DNA of 64,000 nt from Selaginella moellendorffii (Eukaryota; Plantae; Lycopodiophyta), in assembly GCF_000143415.4 (NCBI RefSeq), contig NW_003314285.1, forward strand, positions 145,102-209,101, given 5' to 3'. Positions 1-14,984 of the stretch are shown piece by piece; position 1 is the stretch's first letter; each line of letters starts with the position of its first letter. Under the pieces are notes generated by a model. The model saw only the letters and a program-made list of their open reading frames with translations. It ran no database searches and was not told the origin of the DNA. The position numbers and the translations under genes are program-made.

Positions 1-550
1 ACGGTAGGCTAAGCCCGCCATTTAAATTCTCGTTTTGGTTCCAAATGCTGATTTACTCATTTGGCATATCTATGGAATGTAGAAATTATCTTGAACACGA
101 TGGTGTCCGTCCCGTATCCAAATTTGCAATCTAAAGATATTCCATATTTAGTAAGTTTCGAGCTTGTCCCTGAGACTAACTCCTATTACTAAGGGAGGCT
201 TGGGGTGAAAGCCCAAAGCATGTGTTCCTCAAAGGGGGGAGTCTATAGGGGGTTCCAAATATATAGTAGGGATAGTGATTGGAACACATGTTCGACCACC
301 TAAAACATTAGTTTGGCTCCCGCTGGGCAGTGTCGCTCTTTGTTCTACATCTGGCTTAGGTCTAAGCCCAAGCTCCACACTCCTGTAGTCGGTGGGGTAC
401 CCTCCTCCTTGCATTAGGCCACTGGTATGCCAAAATTGTGCTAGACTCCATTTGACACCATTTTGCGTAGGTGTTAGATACGGGGAGCTGGTGCTTATGG
501 GATTGTATCGGGCCCTTGTTTTGTAGCGCAATAGGCTTGGAGTTCAACTA
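1..550. repeat. Partial LTR (family A) fragment
   Basis: 1-230 matches 1940-2180 and 13310-13420; 100-380 matches 13680-13935 in reverse complement. Confidence 0.7.
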
Positions 551-2459
551 TAAATTCATGTGCGCTACATACCTTGAGTTATTATTTTAAATAATGATCA
601 CATGGTTTAGTAAGAAGTAACACATCACCACCCTTTCTAGTGTTGAAGCAAAAATATAGTGTTGAGCTAAATTCCTAAACTATGATCTATCATATGTATT
701 GAACATAAGTTGGTGCACCAGCAAGGAGTCACACCAAACATCTCGGGTGATGCTATCCATAGATGCATATGCGGAGATTGGGTTTGAGTCCCAACCCTTT
801 AGTGCTTGGGTTCGAATCCCAACTCACTAGGGCATGGTGATGGTTTAGAATACGAAGACATTCATTTTTCAGTGGTCATGGACTCTTAGTAAGAAAACTA
901 ACTTGGGCACACTACCAAACAAGGGATGTCTTGGAGTTATGATGTATATTTAAAATGTTTAATATGAAAGCTCAACATATCTAACTTGAACACTTTTGTG
1001 CAAATAACACTAAAGATGTGATGAATGAGATAGGGATGCCCAATCTCAGTTGTTACGAACTGTTAGCCAGAAGGGCTATCTTAGGCACATTGCCAAGTGT
1101 GGGGGATGCCCCCGGGGTCGTGGTTAACAATTTAAAAGTTAGGTAAATTAAATACTTATTAACAGACCCATTGAGGTGTCTATGTGAGATCACTAGGTGA
1201 TTTTATGGCTAAATAAAGATAAACTCTTTATTGTGATAAGAAACGAAGTCCTTAGTTCATAGAAAAAATAGTATGGTTATAAGCTCTTGAATTTGGACTT
1301 CTCAGTACTATTCAAACCCAAGGACAATTAATTTGAAGTATCCCAAAACCCTTAACCAATTAGAAAAGGGGGTGCACTCTTGTTTATGGGCTCTTTCCCT
1401 CTATATTTAAACCTTTATGAATTGTCTCTCAAGTCGTTCTCTTTAGTTGTTTAAAATCCACCACACTTCCTTGCAAGTTTATGCCTTTGTGAACAGAAGT
1501 TGAGAGTTGTAGCTCTTCTGAGAGCCCTACTTTCTTAACACCCTACCCCTTGGGTTGAGCTCAGCCAAAGCAAACTAAAACTTGTGTCGCAAATATGACT
1601 TCGGGTATCGAAAGTTATCTGTCGGCCAGTCCTTATGGACACTCTTTCCTTATTGCCACGATGGCAGGAGGTCGGTATTGTTCGACCCTTTATCAGGCCC
1701 TCTTGTTCAAGTGTTAGTAAACTAGACTTTGCATCTGTACTTGGCCGGATAAGCATAAGGACAAAATTCCTAAGTGTCTATTCAGCCAAGCATACTTAGC
1801 ATGGCTTTTTAGTTCTATTTTGCTCTGTCTTGCACTAGCTTGACAAGAACCCTTGCATATTGAGACTAGTCCTTCAATATTGCTGGATGATAGTTTACCA
1901 TGTCTGCCAAACACCCTCGCTATCATGCCCTTTGTATTAATCTCATTTTGGTCCCAAATACTATTTATGGAAAGTGTCTAAATTTGCTCATTTGGCACAT
2001 CTATGGAATGTAGAGATTGTCTTGAATACAATGGTGTTCGTTTCATGTCCAAATTCACAATCTAAGGACATTCCATATTTAGTAAGTTTCAAGCTTGTCC
2101 CATTCCATATTTAGTAAGTTTCAAGCTTATCCTAAAGATTAACTCCTAGTACTAGGGGTGAAAGCCTAAAGTGTGTTCTTCAGAGGGGGGGGGGGGGGGG
2201 GGGGCCTTTAGGGGGTTTTAAATTTAAAAAAAAAAAAAGGGGGAGGTTGGGCATGGCCCACCAACCCAAGGGATAGCCCACCTTCCCTTGGCAGGTAAAT
2301 TTTTTTTTTGGGCCTAGCTTGGGTCTAAGCCTGATGAAGTACTGTCTTTTGGACACGTGGCATATGACATGTGGCATATAGAGGGTTTATGTTCTGCTTC
2401 ATGGTTATCCTATGGTAAATCACCATAGGATAAAGGGTAAAAACCATGTGCACTACGTT

Positions 2460-2470
2460 TGGTATCAGAG
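2460..2470 (+). promoter_or_regulatory. Primer-binding site (tRNA-iMet) of LTR element A
   Basis: TGGTATCAGAG immediately after the LTR end. Confidence 0.75.
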
Positions 2471-3424
2471 GATGAGTCTCAGCAAGTACTATCTAATGAG
2501 ATTACTAGTACTAGTCTTGTTGCATACATAGAGATGAAAACAATGATCCGAGTGGGTACACGTTTGGTGCAAAGGCTTTGCAATTATTCCTTACGTATAA
2601 ACTTGGTTACACTTTGAGTTGGTAAGATTAATGTTAGCTTACTAGTGGTTCCATGAGTTGTTCCATGTACCATGGGTGAAAGTAAACCTCCCCTAGGTTT
2701 GTTGTGAGTGGCAAATAGGCTGGTCTATAGCTATTTAGCACGGTACTAGTGGATTCTTCCTAGGTATGATTATAAGTGGATTAATCAAGACTGTAGGGAT
2801 TAGTCTATTGGTTCAAGTAGTCATTGCTGTGCTCTCTCATAAACTTTTCTTGGATTGGATTGAAGGTAGTGCGAAAGCAAGCTTAAGGTTTAGTCAAAGA
2901 TGAGACCAAAAAGAGAGTTATTAGGAATGAAGGATCAAACATATAAATCATTTTCTCTTCTTGAAGAAATGATTTGCAACAAGGTGTGACTCATTGCTCA
3001 TATTCATAGTATGCAATCAAGAGTCTCTACCTTGATGCATGTTGGAAGTGATGGTCTTTCAAATAATGAGTTGTGGGATGGATAGTAGTGAAGCGCTAAA
3101 CCATTTTGTTTAGGTTTACTATTGAAAATTTGGGTTGCAATGCTCAATTTTTTTCTAGGAAACCTTGCTATTGCTTTTTGAGTAGCTTAGTGTTGGATTA
3201 GTTTTGAGTTTAGTCAGATAGAGAGTGGCATGAGCTTGTATGTGTTGTGAATAAAAGTTCGTAATATTGGGTGTTGTAAATCTTTATTGGTGGAGTATGG
3301 CATTTATGTTGAATTTTGTTAAATTGAGTTGGCACTTGATACTCACATAAACCTTTGGAGTAATGACATGGGTGTCATTTGTGGTGTTGCTCAATTGATG
3401 ATGAAGTCATTGTGATACTTATAT

Positions 3425-3794
3425 NNNNNNNNNNNNNNNNNNNNNNNNNNNNNNNNNNNNNNNNNNNNNNNNNNNNNNNNNNNNNNNNNNNNNNNNNNNN
3501 NNNNNNNNNNNNNNNNNNNNNNNNNNNNNNNNNNNNNNNNNNNNNNNNNNNNNNNNNNNNNNNNNNNNNNNNNNNNNNNNNNNNNNNNNNNNNNNNNNNN
3601 NNNNNNNNNNNNNNNNNNNNNNNNNNNNNNNNNNNNNNNNNNNNNNNNNNNNNNNNNNNNNNNNNNNNNNNNNNNNNNNNNNNNNNNNNNNNNNNNNNNN
3701 NNNNNNNNNNNNNNNNNNNNNNNNNNNNNNNNNNNNNNNNNNNNNNNNNNNNNNNNNNNNNNNNNNNNNNNNNNNNNNNNNNNNNNNNNNNNNN
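3425..3794. other. Assembly gap (370 N)
   Basis: Run of N. Confidence 1.
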
Positions 3795-4479
3795 CCTATG
3801 TGAAGTTGTTAGTAAGAGAAAGTTGGTTGAGTTTTGAAAGTTTGCATTCCTGGACTAAGAGTCATTCTTTCTATAAGACGAAAAATTTTCTACGAATTTT
3901 CTTAGGCTTTTACAATGGCTGATTTATCAGTCACTTTGCTCAAAAACCATTTTGTTTTCATAAGCCAGTAAAAAATAGTGAAGGGGTTAGAGTTGACTTT
4001 AGTTAATTTAGACTTTAGTAGGTATTTTGTATGATGTAGCCTGAAAGAGATGTTAACTTTTGAGGCTAAGGCAATTGAGTTGGATAAACTCTAGAGTTAG
4101 TGTAGAAAAGTGGCTGTTGTGCTTTTCTAGAAAGGTGACCCTTGTGCTTTTCTTCTGCAGTGTTGTGCTTGGTGGCAAGTTGCATCTTGCATTGTTTTAT
4201 ACTCTATGAGAGTAGTGAGCTCTCACTGATCTTGACTTGGTCTTAATGGCCCTGCACCTTGGTTGAGGATGGTGATGTCCAACCTAACCTCCGTAGAATA
4301 CATCTACGGATTTGACATCCCCACGGGGAGTTGGGGGTAGTTCCTTAGGCCTGGTCAACCTAGCTAACCTATGCTAATTAGCTTACCTTCGGTGCGCCTT
4401 CAAGTCCCAACATATGCCATCGCTCAACTTTACAAATGGATACTTTTAAATGAACTTTGCATAAGTACATAAAGTTCTA

Positions 4480-7400
4480 CCTTATAGAAATTTCTCCACT
4501 AGGTCTTGCACGTTCGCTAGGTTCTCCTTTGGTTCCCATGTTACTTCGTAGTGTGGAAATCCTTTCCACTTCATATGGAACTCTCTCACATCATGTCCTT
4601 GTCGCTTGCTCTTGCACACATTGAGGATGGCCTTAACTTCATATTCCTCTTCCCCTTGGATAACCTCAAGTAAAGGTCTTATTTGGTCCTTGCGAAGTGG
4701 ATCTCAAAGTATGGCTTGAGTAAGTTCACATAGAACACTGGGTGCATCTTCCCCATCTCTCAAGGAAGTTGGAAACGGTAAGCCACTTTACCAATTCATG
4801 CCTCAATCTCATAAGGCCCCGCGAACCTGCTTAAGGAACTCAAGATCAATTCATTTCCAGGAATACATGCATTTTTACCTTTGGGTCAACTTCCAGCTAA
4901 TCTCACTTGGTAGCCTGAGGTTCTTGGTGTTCAGCCACACTTTCTCCCCAACTTAGAACTCTACATCCCGGCGCTTCTAGTTTGTGTACTTGGTTTGCCT
5001 TTGTTGAGCCCATTCCAAGGAATCCCTTATTAAATTCCAAATGTTGAATCTTTCTGCCGTGAATGCCTCCACTGCAGGTAACTCTCTATGATACTTAGCC
5101 ACATTGTGTTCCACAGGACCTTCAATAGCTCGCCCATTGATGACTTCCCATGGACTCACCCTAATACTCGAGTGTGGTGAGTTGTTATAGCACATTTCCA
5201 CAAGTCCCAAATGACTTACCCAATCAGTCTAGTCTCTAGAGACATAGCATCACAAAAAATCCTCCAACTACCTATTCACCCTTTTTGTTTGTCCATCTGT
5301 CAAGAAGTGTTAGTGCCATCTAACTTGACTTAATACCCAATACCTGTCTGTGGGTGATACGCTGTGTTGAATTTCAACGTGGTGCGATATTGTTCTAGGA
5401 GAGTTCTCTAGAACCTACTGGTGAAGATCTTATCTCGATCTGAGATGATCTCCTCTAGCCTTCCCCACACTCGAACCACTTGTTCGAAGAACAGCTTCGC
5501 CACGCCTTCCGCATCCACTTCCGTTGTGGTGGGTATGAAATATGCCATCTTCGAAAATCAGTCCACCACCACGAATATCGCATCAAGCCCCTCGCTTGGG
5601 GGGAGTCCCGTGATGAAGTCCATCGTAAGACATTTCCACAGCTTATTTGGAATTACAAGCCCCCATTAGTATTAGTTACGGCTTTGACCTGTTGACATGT
5701 TGGACATGTCTTTACATAGTCTTGGACATCCTTAGCTATATCTGGCCAGTGATACTTCCTCTTGAGTAAGCCCATCATCTTGGGCACTCCGCCGTGTCTC
5801 GCAAGAGGTTTGTCATGACACTCTTCTAAGGCTACCTTCCTTAGTTCCCCTTCTAGAACACACACCCTCGTTTGTTTATAATAGATGAGTCTATTGCATT
5901 CTCCATAGTTTGTTTTCTCTTCTGTTAGTATTTCACCTCTTTGATGAGCTTCCCACGCCTCTAGATTCCTCAGCAACACTTCTTGTGCTAGACCATCATT
6001 CTCATATGCTATCTACATATTATCACAAAAGGTTGTTGTTGCACTGGATATTGTCAACTTCAAACTCGCTTTTCGACTTAGAGCATCCGCCACAATGTTG
6101 CTCTTCCCAAGATTGTACAAAATCTTGCAATCAAAAGCATTGGCCCACCAACCCTATTTCACTCTCAGGTCGGGTTGTGACAAAAAGTGTTTCTTTGCCA
6201 GATTGTCCGTGTAAACCTTGAAGTGTCTCCCAAGATAGTGTCTCCACTCCTTGAGTGCCTTGACCACCGCAAACAATTCTTTCTCGTGGGCAAGCCACTT
6301 CTGTTGAGCCTTGTCCAACTTCTTCAAGAAGAATGCCACTGGATGGTTGTCTTGCTTCAAAACTACGCCCAACGCAAAGTACGAAGCATCCATTTCTACC
6401 TCAAAGTCCTTACCAAAGTCGGGTAATGCCAACACGAGGGTCTTCCTCAACTTCCCTTTAAGGTGGACAAATGCCGCTTCGCATTCCGCTATCCATACCA
6501 TCTTCTTTTTACCCGTTTGGTCTATTAAGGGTAAAGCTACTCTCAAATAGTGTTTGATAAACTTTCAGTAGTAGTTGCATAGCCCCAAAAATGCCCTTAA
6601 CTCATATACATTCGATAGTTGCTCCTATTCCTAGATCTTTTGGACCTTCTCAGGGTCCACCTTGAGCCCATCCTTGTCTACAACATGCCTGAGAAACTTT
6701 ACCTCTTGTTGAGCAAAGTCACATTTGCTCTCTTTAGCATACAGCTTGTGTTCCCTTAGTTTGTCAAACACCTTCGTCAAGTGTTCGGCATGCTCCTTTA
6801 GCGTCTTGCTATAGATCAAGACATCGTCGATATAGACGACCACGAAGTGATCCAAATTGGGTACAAAGACGTGGTTCATCAGCGCCGAAAACATTGCCGG
6901 CGCATTACACAGCCCAAAGGGCATCATTAGAAACTCAAATCTCCCATACCTTGTTCGACAAGTTGTCTTCTCGACATCTTCCTCTGCTACCCTAATCTGG
7001 TAGTATCTTGACCTTAAGTCAATCCTCGAGAAATATTTTGCCCTTCCCATCCTATCGAACAGGTACTCAATCCTTGGCAAAGGGTACTTGTTTTTCTTTG
7101 TATACTTGTTAAGCAACCGCTAGTCTATGCACATGCGCATAGATCCATCTTTCTTTTTCAGAAATAACACCGGTGCCCCATATGGCGACTTGCTCAACAT
7201 AACATACCTTTTTTCCACTAACTCTTTTAGTTAGCACTTAAGTTCTTTGAGTTCTTTTTCGTTCAAACGATAAGATGGACAAACCACTGCATTAGCACCC
7301 TCGACCATCTCAATCTTATGTCCTATCGATTGTGCGGGGGGTAACCCCGCCGGTAGCTCCTCTGGCATGGTATCCTAGAATTGGTCCAACACCCGCTAGA

Positions 7401-9177
7401 TCACTAAAGGTACTTCTTCCGTTCCCATCTTTTTGTCACTCTTCACCAAGAGTAAGCACAAAAATGTTGCCTTGTTTCCTTTAGTGAGTTGTCCTCTTGT
7501 GGACACTAGGTTTAAGCAGGAGTCTTTGGCCTTACATTTCCCTACCTTTAGATCCTAAGCCTCCACCTTAGATCGTTCTCCCCATGCATTCGCCAGTACC
7601 ATGAGATTCCTCCCTTGTCCATGTAAGGCTACTATGAACCAATTGAAACAATCATCCCGAAGATTATGTCAAATCCCGCCATATCTAACAGGGTGAAATC
7701 CATGTTTACTTTCCATGTCCCTCCTTCGACTCTTGCTTGTCGAAGTATCTCATCGGTGCTTTGGCTACTTTGAACAAACTCTATCATCCTTGGTTCACCC
7801 AGCTGCTGCACCATTAGTGCAGCTTGCCGAACTATGTGTGCAGCCACAAAATTATACGAAGCACCTGTGTCAATAAGGATCTTAACAAAGCTACCTTTGA
7901 ACTTCCCTCGGAGAGTTAGTAGATGTCGCGAACGGCTCTTTACTAAAGTTGCTCATGTAATGAGTAACTTTGAGCTAGGGACTAGATCACATACCTCAAT
8001 TTGGATTTCACCCAACTTAATGGCCATATTGGCTTTGACCTTCTTCGGGTAGGGACATTCCCTCGAAAAGTGTCCTATTTCACCACAATTGTAGCATATG
8101 TTGTTTCGCACACTGCTACCAGACTTGACCTTCTTATCCACGAGTTTTGTCTCTTTTTGCTTGACTCCCCCACGTACTTGCTCACTGGCCACCGATTTTG
8201 CCTTTTCGGAACCCCAAGGACTCATTCTTAGAGAAACTCTTCTTGAATTTCCCTTTGCTATATGTTCCCCTTGGTTTGGCCCCTTTACTAAACATGGACC
8301 CTAACCCCGTTGTGTTCCCCTTTTACAAGTTATCATTAAAATGCACCTTGATGGCCACATCCAACATTTCCTTGTAGTTAGTTGGGTCGCCGCAAGCCCA
8401 AGTTTGCAAGCCTAATATAAAGGCATAGAACATATCCATATCACCCATATCCATGATAAGTATCCTCTTTGCCATAAACCCATTCACATACTCTTGAATG
8501 GTTCCAGTCTGCTTCAGCCTACTTAGCTCATCCCTTAGGTGCAGAGTAGCATTCGGAGGAATATAAGTCGCATGGATCCTCACCTTCATTTCCCAAATGG
8601 CCACCGGTCCTTCGTTGGCCTCAGTCGTTTTCCACCAAAACTTGGCATTATCTGCCAAGTATGGTTTTGCACATAGGACCTTCTTCGAGCTTGATAACCG
8701 CAACGCTCGGAAGTAATCCTCCATATCGTAAAACCAATCCTTCACCACTTTATAGTCATTCACTCCTTTGAAGACCGATGGGGGCTTTGGTTTATACTTG
8801 GGAACTGCCTGAGGAACTGATTCCACTTCGGTTTGCTCAACTTTGTTTGGTTCTGCCTCAGTCCTTGCCAAAAGATTCGCACCTTCTGTGTTGCCAACAT
8901 CCGCAGTCTTTCACCTTTTCTTCCGCTTCTCGTCAAGCTTTAACTTGCATATGAGAGTCTCCAGTAGGGCATTGGTCTATGCCAATTATCCTTCTAGAAC
9001 GTTCAATCGAGCCTTGAGTGGCCAAACCTCGCCACTGGACTCCTGTTTGGATGTTTCCTCGCATAAGTCCTCCTCATGCAAGGATTCCTCATCTATAGCT
9101 TCTTGTTCGACCGGAGGCTCCAGCTTTGGAAGAGGTTCCGTCTCTGCCTTGGTTTGTTTCTGCCCTGCCTTTACCAT
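4480..9177 (-). pseudogene. gag-pol polyprotein pseudogene (gag, PR, RT, RH, IN, chromodomain)
   Basis: ORF fragments show LNKYTKKNKYPLPRI, MPFGLCNAPA, VYIDD, DASYFALG and CPTCQ. Manual translation near 4512-4660 gives EEYEVKAIL...KWKGFPHYEVTWEPKENL (chromodomain). Confidence 0.92.
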
Positions 9178-9236
9178 CTCCCAGCAATCCGCCTCTATCC
9201 TTCGCTAGAACTGAGGAAAAGGCTCCCATACTAAAT

Positions 9237-10239
9237 TGTATGCCACAAATTTTTCCTTTCCAATTTGCCAGCTTACCTTGTCTATCCGACCAACACCACC
9301 TTGGCTTTAGCTAAATTCCCTCGCCAAGGTTCCTGCCTATTGTACTAGTTCCTACTTGGTCCTACTTGGTTTCAACTACTCACTGCATAAGCAACGGAAC
9401 ATTAGCCATCCATCCACAGAATCCTAAATCTCTCCCAATCCCCCTCCCCGGGTTATACTAGTCTTAAGGTTTGGCTACATTCCCCACAGGCACAAATAGC
9501 CAAGCACACCAAGCCTCTAGGTTTTTAACATCCCTTAATACAATAAAACTTGATCATGGGACCCTCTAAATCCCAAGCCTTGGGTGCAACACTTGCTTTG
9601 GGACACTGGGGTGAAACACCATGGCCTAACGGCCCGGTATGGGTACCTCTACTCCCCCATTTCCATCCCAAAGGGAAGGCCCAAGCCCTTAGGAAGGATG
9701 AGGACCAATGAGCCACAAGGTACTCAAGTGGGGCACCACTCCAACATGAGTCGGGAGCACCACAATTGGTTTCCCTTCCGGGAGTGGGAGCTGCTCTTGA
9801 GCACTTCCTTGGGTGGCCCCTTTGGCACCACCCGAGTCCATGCTCACTCCCACCCAAGGCCCCTCAGTCCCAGTCTCGACCTCAAGTCAATTTGGAAGCA
9901 CCACTGGACTCGGACTTGATCTCAGACTCGATCTTGGACCTGACTTCGGACTCAGTCTCAGACGCGATCTTGGACTCAATCTAGGACTTGATCTCGAACT
10001 TGACCTCGGATTCGGTCTCGGACTTGATCTCGGATCTCGGACTTTGTCTCGAACTCGGTCTCGAACTCGGTCTCGGAGTCAGTCTTGGACTCGATCCCAG
10101 ACTCTATCTCGAACTCAATCTTAGAGTCGGTCTTGGACTCGATCTAAGACTCGATCCCATCCAATGAACTCTTTATCATTTCGGTCGTGCTTTCAGAGAT
10201 CCTTTATCCTATAACACCTTAGGGAGTTGGTTCCTTACA
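9237..10239 (-). repeat. 5' LTR (family C) of the chromovirus element
   Basis: TGTA...TACA termini, near-identical to the solo LTR at 32065-33263 apart from a ~130-bp internal deletion. A degenerate Met-type PBS (TAGTATGGGAGCC on -) lies at ~9221-9233. Confidence 0.88.
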
Positions 10240-13200
10240 TTACACTTTAGTTTCGACTAAGTGTTGATCATGTATAGCTAGCCTCTTTAAGGCATACTCG
10301 GAGCTATAGGCTAAATGCATTAGTGAGTTTATTTCATTGAGTTGGATTCGAGTGGTCATTTAGTTTATGTTTGTCCATGAACCTTTATTTTGTACCTGGG
10401 GTATTACGTTCATATTGGTCAAGTATATGACTTGATGGCATGAGTTTAATATTGGGTCTTGTGAAGGCAAGTTGAAATAGTGATTGTTAGTTGCTTGCGA
10501 CTAGTGATTGCTTATAGACTTCGTCAAGGACTATTGACACTTGCTTCACTCGATAAAGATTTAGCAGTGATGGGCTTGCTTTACCGGATGGTGTTGCAAA
10601 AGATCGTGTTGTTAGACTTACATGGTTTTTCTATGTTGGCATATCGATTCTACCTTTTTTGATGTTATTTGGTTGCATTTAGTCCATGGTGTTGGATTTC
10701 ATGGAGTCTTAGAGATGGTGAATCACTTCTTAATGATGTGTTATCTGAAACTGAGTATTATTGGAGGATTAGTCTCGGATACTGATTAAAATATCTTTGA
10801 CATTAGTTAGCATGGTTGCTAAAGAGCTTTGGGTGGTGATTCACTCTTGCTTTCTTCTAGCTTTGTTCTGTTGTTGATGGCATTAAAATGATGTCTTGTC
10901 GTTGACCATATTGATGTTGAGATTTGAGTGAAATGAGATGTCTCTCCATAGAATTGATATTGAGTTTCATTAGTCTCGATGCAAATAGTGTTGATGCTTG
11001 AGCTGTAGCTTTATGTTATTGGCATTTGTGCATTTGCTAGTTAGCAACTATGTTGGTGTTCAAACAAGTTGAATAGCAAGTTTGAGTTAGTTGTGTTTTA
11101 AATGAGATTATTTAGTAGAGGTTGAGCTTTGGCTTTTCCTTGAAAAATGATTTAGTCGTGAACAACACTAACTTTACAAGTGGAAGAGTTAGTGATCGAT
11201 ATTAGAATGTTTGAATCCTTATTGGATTTGAGTTGAAATATATTGATCATTGATGATTTCTTTTGTACTTGTCATGAAGTGAATTATGTTTTGTTGTAGA
11301 TGGATTCATGGAGGGTTGTTTGGTGATCATTTGTTGAGCATAACTTCGATATGTTTAGCGTTTGGATTGATGCAGATATACTCTTCATTAGCTTTGCATT
11401 ATGAAATCTAGCTTATGGATGTATTGAAGGGGATATTATAAGTTGTGTCATGATTTCTTCTTTAACATTGAAGTTAGTTCATGCAAAATTTGTGATCATT
11501 ATTAGACAAGACTTGGTTATAGACTTTTTCTTGAGCTTTTGGTTCCTTAAGTTTTCATGTTTGTGGTCCATTTATTAGAAGTTGTTAGGGAAGGCATTTG
11601 GGCTTATTAGCTTCAATATTAAAGTTAGTGTTTGCATCTGGCAATCCTTGGTGATGATTGACTATCAACTAAGATAGTTGATTATCCTTATCAAAATTTT
11701 GTTTGATTATTGTTGGTCTAGAATGATTTGCCATTCTTCGGGATGGTAGATTCTTTCTTCGACAATGATTATGCATCTCTTTATTGATGGGATGATTAAT
11801 GATTTTTCATAATAGTTAGTTGTTCTCTTTGATGACTTATGGCTTTTTGCAACACCACATATTCTTTATGGTTTGCTCTAGATTGGTCTCTTGGGTTTGA
11901 GATATCGGTAGGATATATTGCTGACACTTGCTTAAACAATTTGAATTCCTTCATATTGTTGACCAGGATTTATTCAGATTAGCCAATGCGATAGTTAGCA
12001 TGAATGAGTGTTTGTTTGCTTTGAAATATTCATTCTATTCTCTTGACTATTGTTACAATTGCTTTGAAAGATTAGGATGTTATTTCCTTCAAGTAATACA
12101 TTCGCGAGCATTTTGTTTACTAGTCAATAATACTTTATGTTCTTTAAGTTATTTTTTGTAAGTTATTTGGCATTCTGTCTGCAATCTTTGATAGTTACAT
12201 TTTATCATTGAGTTTTCTTTATGATACACTTGCTATTGAATTTTGTTGGATAGTGAATCCTATGTTTTCCAATTATGATGATCTTGGTGGTTCCTGTGCT
12301 CTAATACTGGTTTATCGAATGATACCTTACTTGGAATAATTTTGTGTTCTAATCTAAGATTTATTAACTGATAATTAAGACTCTAAGATATCATTGTCTA
12401 TGACTTTTATATTGTCCATCTATTAATCTTTGGGTTTGGGCTAGTATAAGCAAACTAGCTTCCGCACTTCGTGTGCATAATGAAATCTTTAGTCATGGGG
12501 TAGCTATTGTAGACTGGTCATATCACCCGCCTTTCTGTCGATGTTCTTTATTCTGTTCAAAGGGCGTGACCGTGTAAACAACTCTAACTGCCTGTTTACA
12601 GTAGCTATCTAAACCTTACCAATAGGTTTAGTTTCTTTGCTTTAGAGGGTTGAGACCTTTGACTTTTCTCTCACTATGTCCCTGTGGGCAAGGGAGTATC
12701 ACATTTTTGTAAGCTAGGTGACTCCTAGAGCAGCAAGGGTGGCTAACTCTGTTGGTCATTTCCTTGTTGGCAACAGCCGGAAGGTATTTGAGTGGGTAGC
12801 GCATCCGCGTTATACAAAGAGGTTACTTTAACTCATTTAAGTTGGTGCACTTCTCACATAGTGTGCTCCCCGTGAACTTTTTTAAAGTTCTTTCCTTAGT
12901 AGTGGTCTAGAGTCGAGTATGCATCGATGAGGACATCGATCTTCCTTAAGAGGGGAGAGTGTCGCGAATGTGACTTTGGGTATTGAAAGCTACATGTCAG
13001 CCAATCCTTATGGACACTCTTTCCTTACTGCCACGATGGCAAGAGGTTCGTATTGCTAGACCCTTTATCAGCCCCTCTTATTCAAGTGTTAGTAAACTAA
13101 ACTTTGCATCTGTACTTGGCCGGATGAGCATAACGACAGAATTTCTAAGTGTCTATTCAACCAAGCATAATTGGCTTGGCTTTTTAGTTCTTTTTTGCTC

Positions 13201-14984
13201 TGTCTTGCATTGGCTTGACAAGAACCTTTGCGTATTAAAACTAGTACCTCAATATCGTTGGATGATAGCTTACCATGTCTACTAAACACCCTCACTATCA
13301 TGCCCTTTGTGTTAGTTTCATTTCAGTCCCAATACTATTTATGGAAAGTGTCTAGATTTGCTCATTTAGCATATCTATGGAATGTAAGGATTGTTTTGAC
13401 AACAATGGTGTTCATCCCATAAATGAAGAAATAGTGCCAAACTCCCAAGCATGAAGCCAAGGAGCAAAGGAACCACACCATAGAGCAACTCTTGAGCATA
13501 TATCCCAAGGAGCGAAGGGGCAAGGGTACGGAACAACTTGGAACAATTCTAGAGTATCTAACATCCCAATGCTAAGACCAGCACGCAAAATGGAGCCAAA
13601 CAGAGTTTGGCGCTATTTTAACATATCGGTGGCATAACACGAGAACATGGGTACTCCACCAGCTAGTATGGTGTGGAGCTTGGGCTTAGACCCAAGCCAG
13701 ATGCAAAACAAGGATAGGCATGCAAGCGGAAGCTAGATTATGCCTTAAGTTGGTTGGCCATGCCCAACCTACCCACTATCCCTACTATACATTTGAAACC
13801 CCCCACAGCCCCTCCCTTGGAGGAACACACGCTTTGGGCTTTCACCCCAAGCTTCCCTTAGTACTAGGAGTTAATCTCTGGGACAAGCTTGAAACTTACT
13901 AAATATGGAATATCTATAAATTGCAAATTTGGATAGTGGCCCAAGTGTAAGCGTCTAAATTTTCCATTTCAATTTTAATCACTTAACCACACCTTTGATC
14001 ACTTAGAGGAGTCTCACTCACAACCTCCATAAGTCCTATTCCGAACTTGGGGATTTACTAGCCCCAAGAATGGTATCCCTGCCACTCAACCTTTGCACTT
14101 GGCCCAAGTGCTCCACGTGTCCAATCTCATAACCAACACCCCAAGGTACCACTGACATATCAACCCATTATGCTAATGCCATGCCCCTTTACCTTGGTCA
14201 CACTGGTGGTCTAACACCACCTGTATCACCATCCTATCTCTCAAAGACTGGGCCATCCATCCATGAGTGATCATCCCGAATCCACTCCTTAGCATCTTTA
14301 GGATACCTGCAGGCATGGGGAATAGCCTTCCCCAATACCCCTTTTCAGGTCCTCACTAAGAGCCTTTGTATCCATGGCCGTGTTCGCTAACACTACCATT
14401 GGATCAAGGCCCACAGGCCTGATCACTAAGTCCCATGGTCCTCTGGGACTTCCTCCTCCCATGACTATATCCTTGGTCTTGACACTAGAGGGTTTCTCCT
14501 CTTCTTTTTCACAGTCTAGGACTTTGGAACAACATTTTGGAACACCGTAGCCTTATGCGAGCCTCATGCGTACTCTCCCCACCTTCCGCCTTTGGGTGCT
14601 CTACCCATGGGCTTAGAGCGAGGTTCCATTGAGCCATGCCAGGTGTCCAAGTAGGTAGTGCCACCCATACTTGGACTAGGAGTATGGTCCATTCGATCTC
14701 CCGAGGAAACTAGAGCTAGCTCTTGAACATTTTACCAAGCTACCCCGCTTGACGGTCCATATTCACTCTAGCCTTGGACCTCCTACGCGGGAGGCAGCTC
14801 AAAGGATCTCTTCCCTCTGGTGTCAATGGTTATCCCATCACCCAACACTTGGGTACAGCCTTTCTGTGCCAAACTAGCCTTTCCTGGCCAAACTTGCTCC
14901 ACTAGAGTCTTCCCCCTTACTATACTTTTGGAGCTCACCAAACCCCCATAGGAGATGAACACTTTGGGCTTTCACCCTCTCAGA

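Larger units (their letters stand above)
4300..10239 (-). mobile_element. Ty3/gypsy chromovirus-type LTR retrotransposon, decayed; 5' LTR present, 3' LTR missing
   Basis: Minus-strand order: gag (8323-9177), zinc knuckle CYNCGEIGHFSREC (~8055-8097), protease LIDTGA (~7860-7880), RT with YIDD (6631-7300), RNase H (6154-6546), integrase (4977-5979), chromodomain (~4512-4660). Many stops and frameshifts. The left boundary is approximate. Confidence 0.93.
1585..13420 (+). mobile_element. Old, heavily decayed LTR retrotransposon (family A, probably gypsy), interrupted by a younger gypsy element
   Basis: 5' LTR ~1585-2457 (starts TGTCGC) is followed by a tRNA-Met PBS TGGTATCAGAG at 2460-2470. A polypurine tract at ~12948-12959 precedes a second LTR copy starting TGTCGCG at 12960 that aligns with 1585-2045. 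The internal region is T-rich with no long ORFs. Confidence 0.65.

Noticed and set aside
2180-2330. G-run and A-run tract as a G-quadruplex element
   Set aside because: It is the homopolymer-expanded, possibly low-quality version of the LTR core seen at ~230-300 and 32803-32825.
3379-3837. 152-aa ORF
   Set aside because: Artefact of translating across the N gap.
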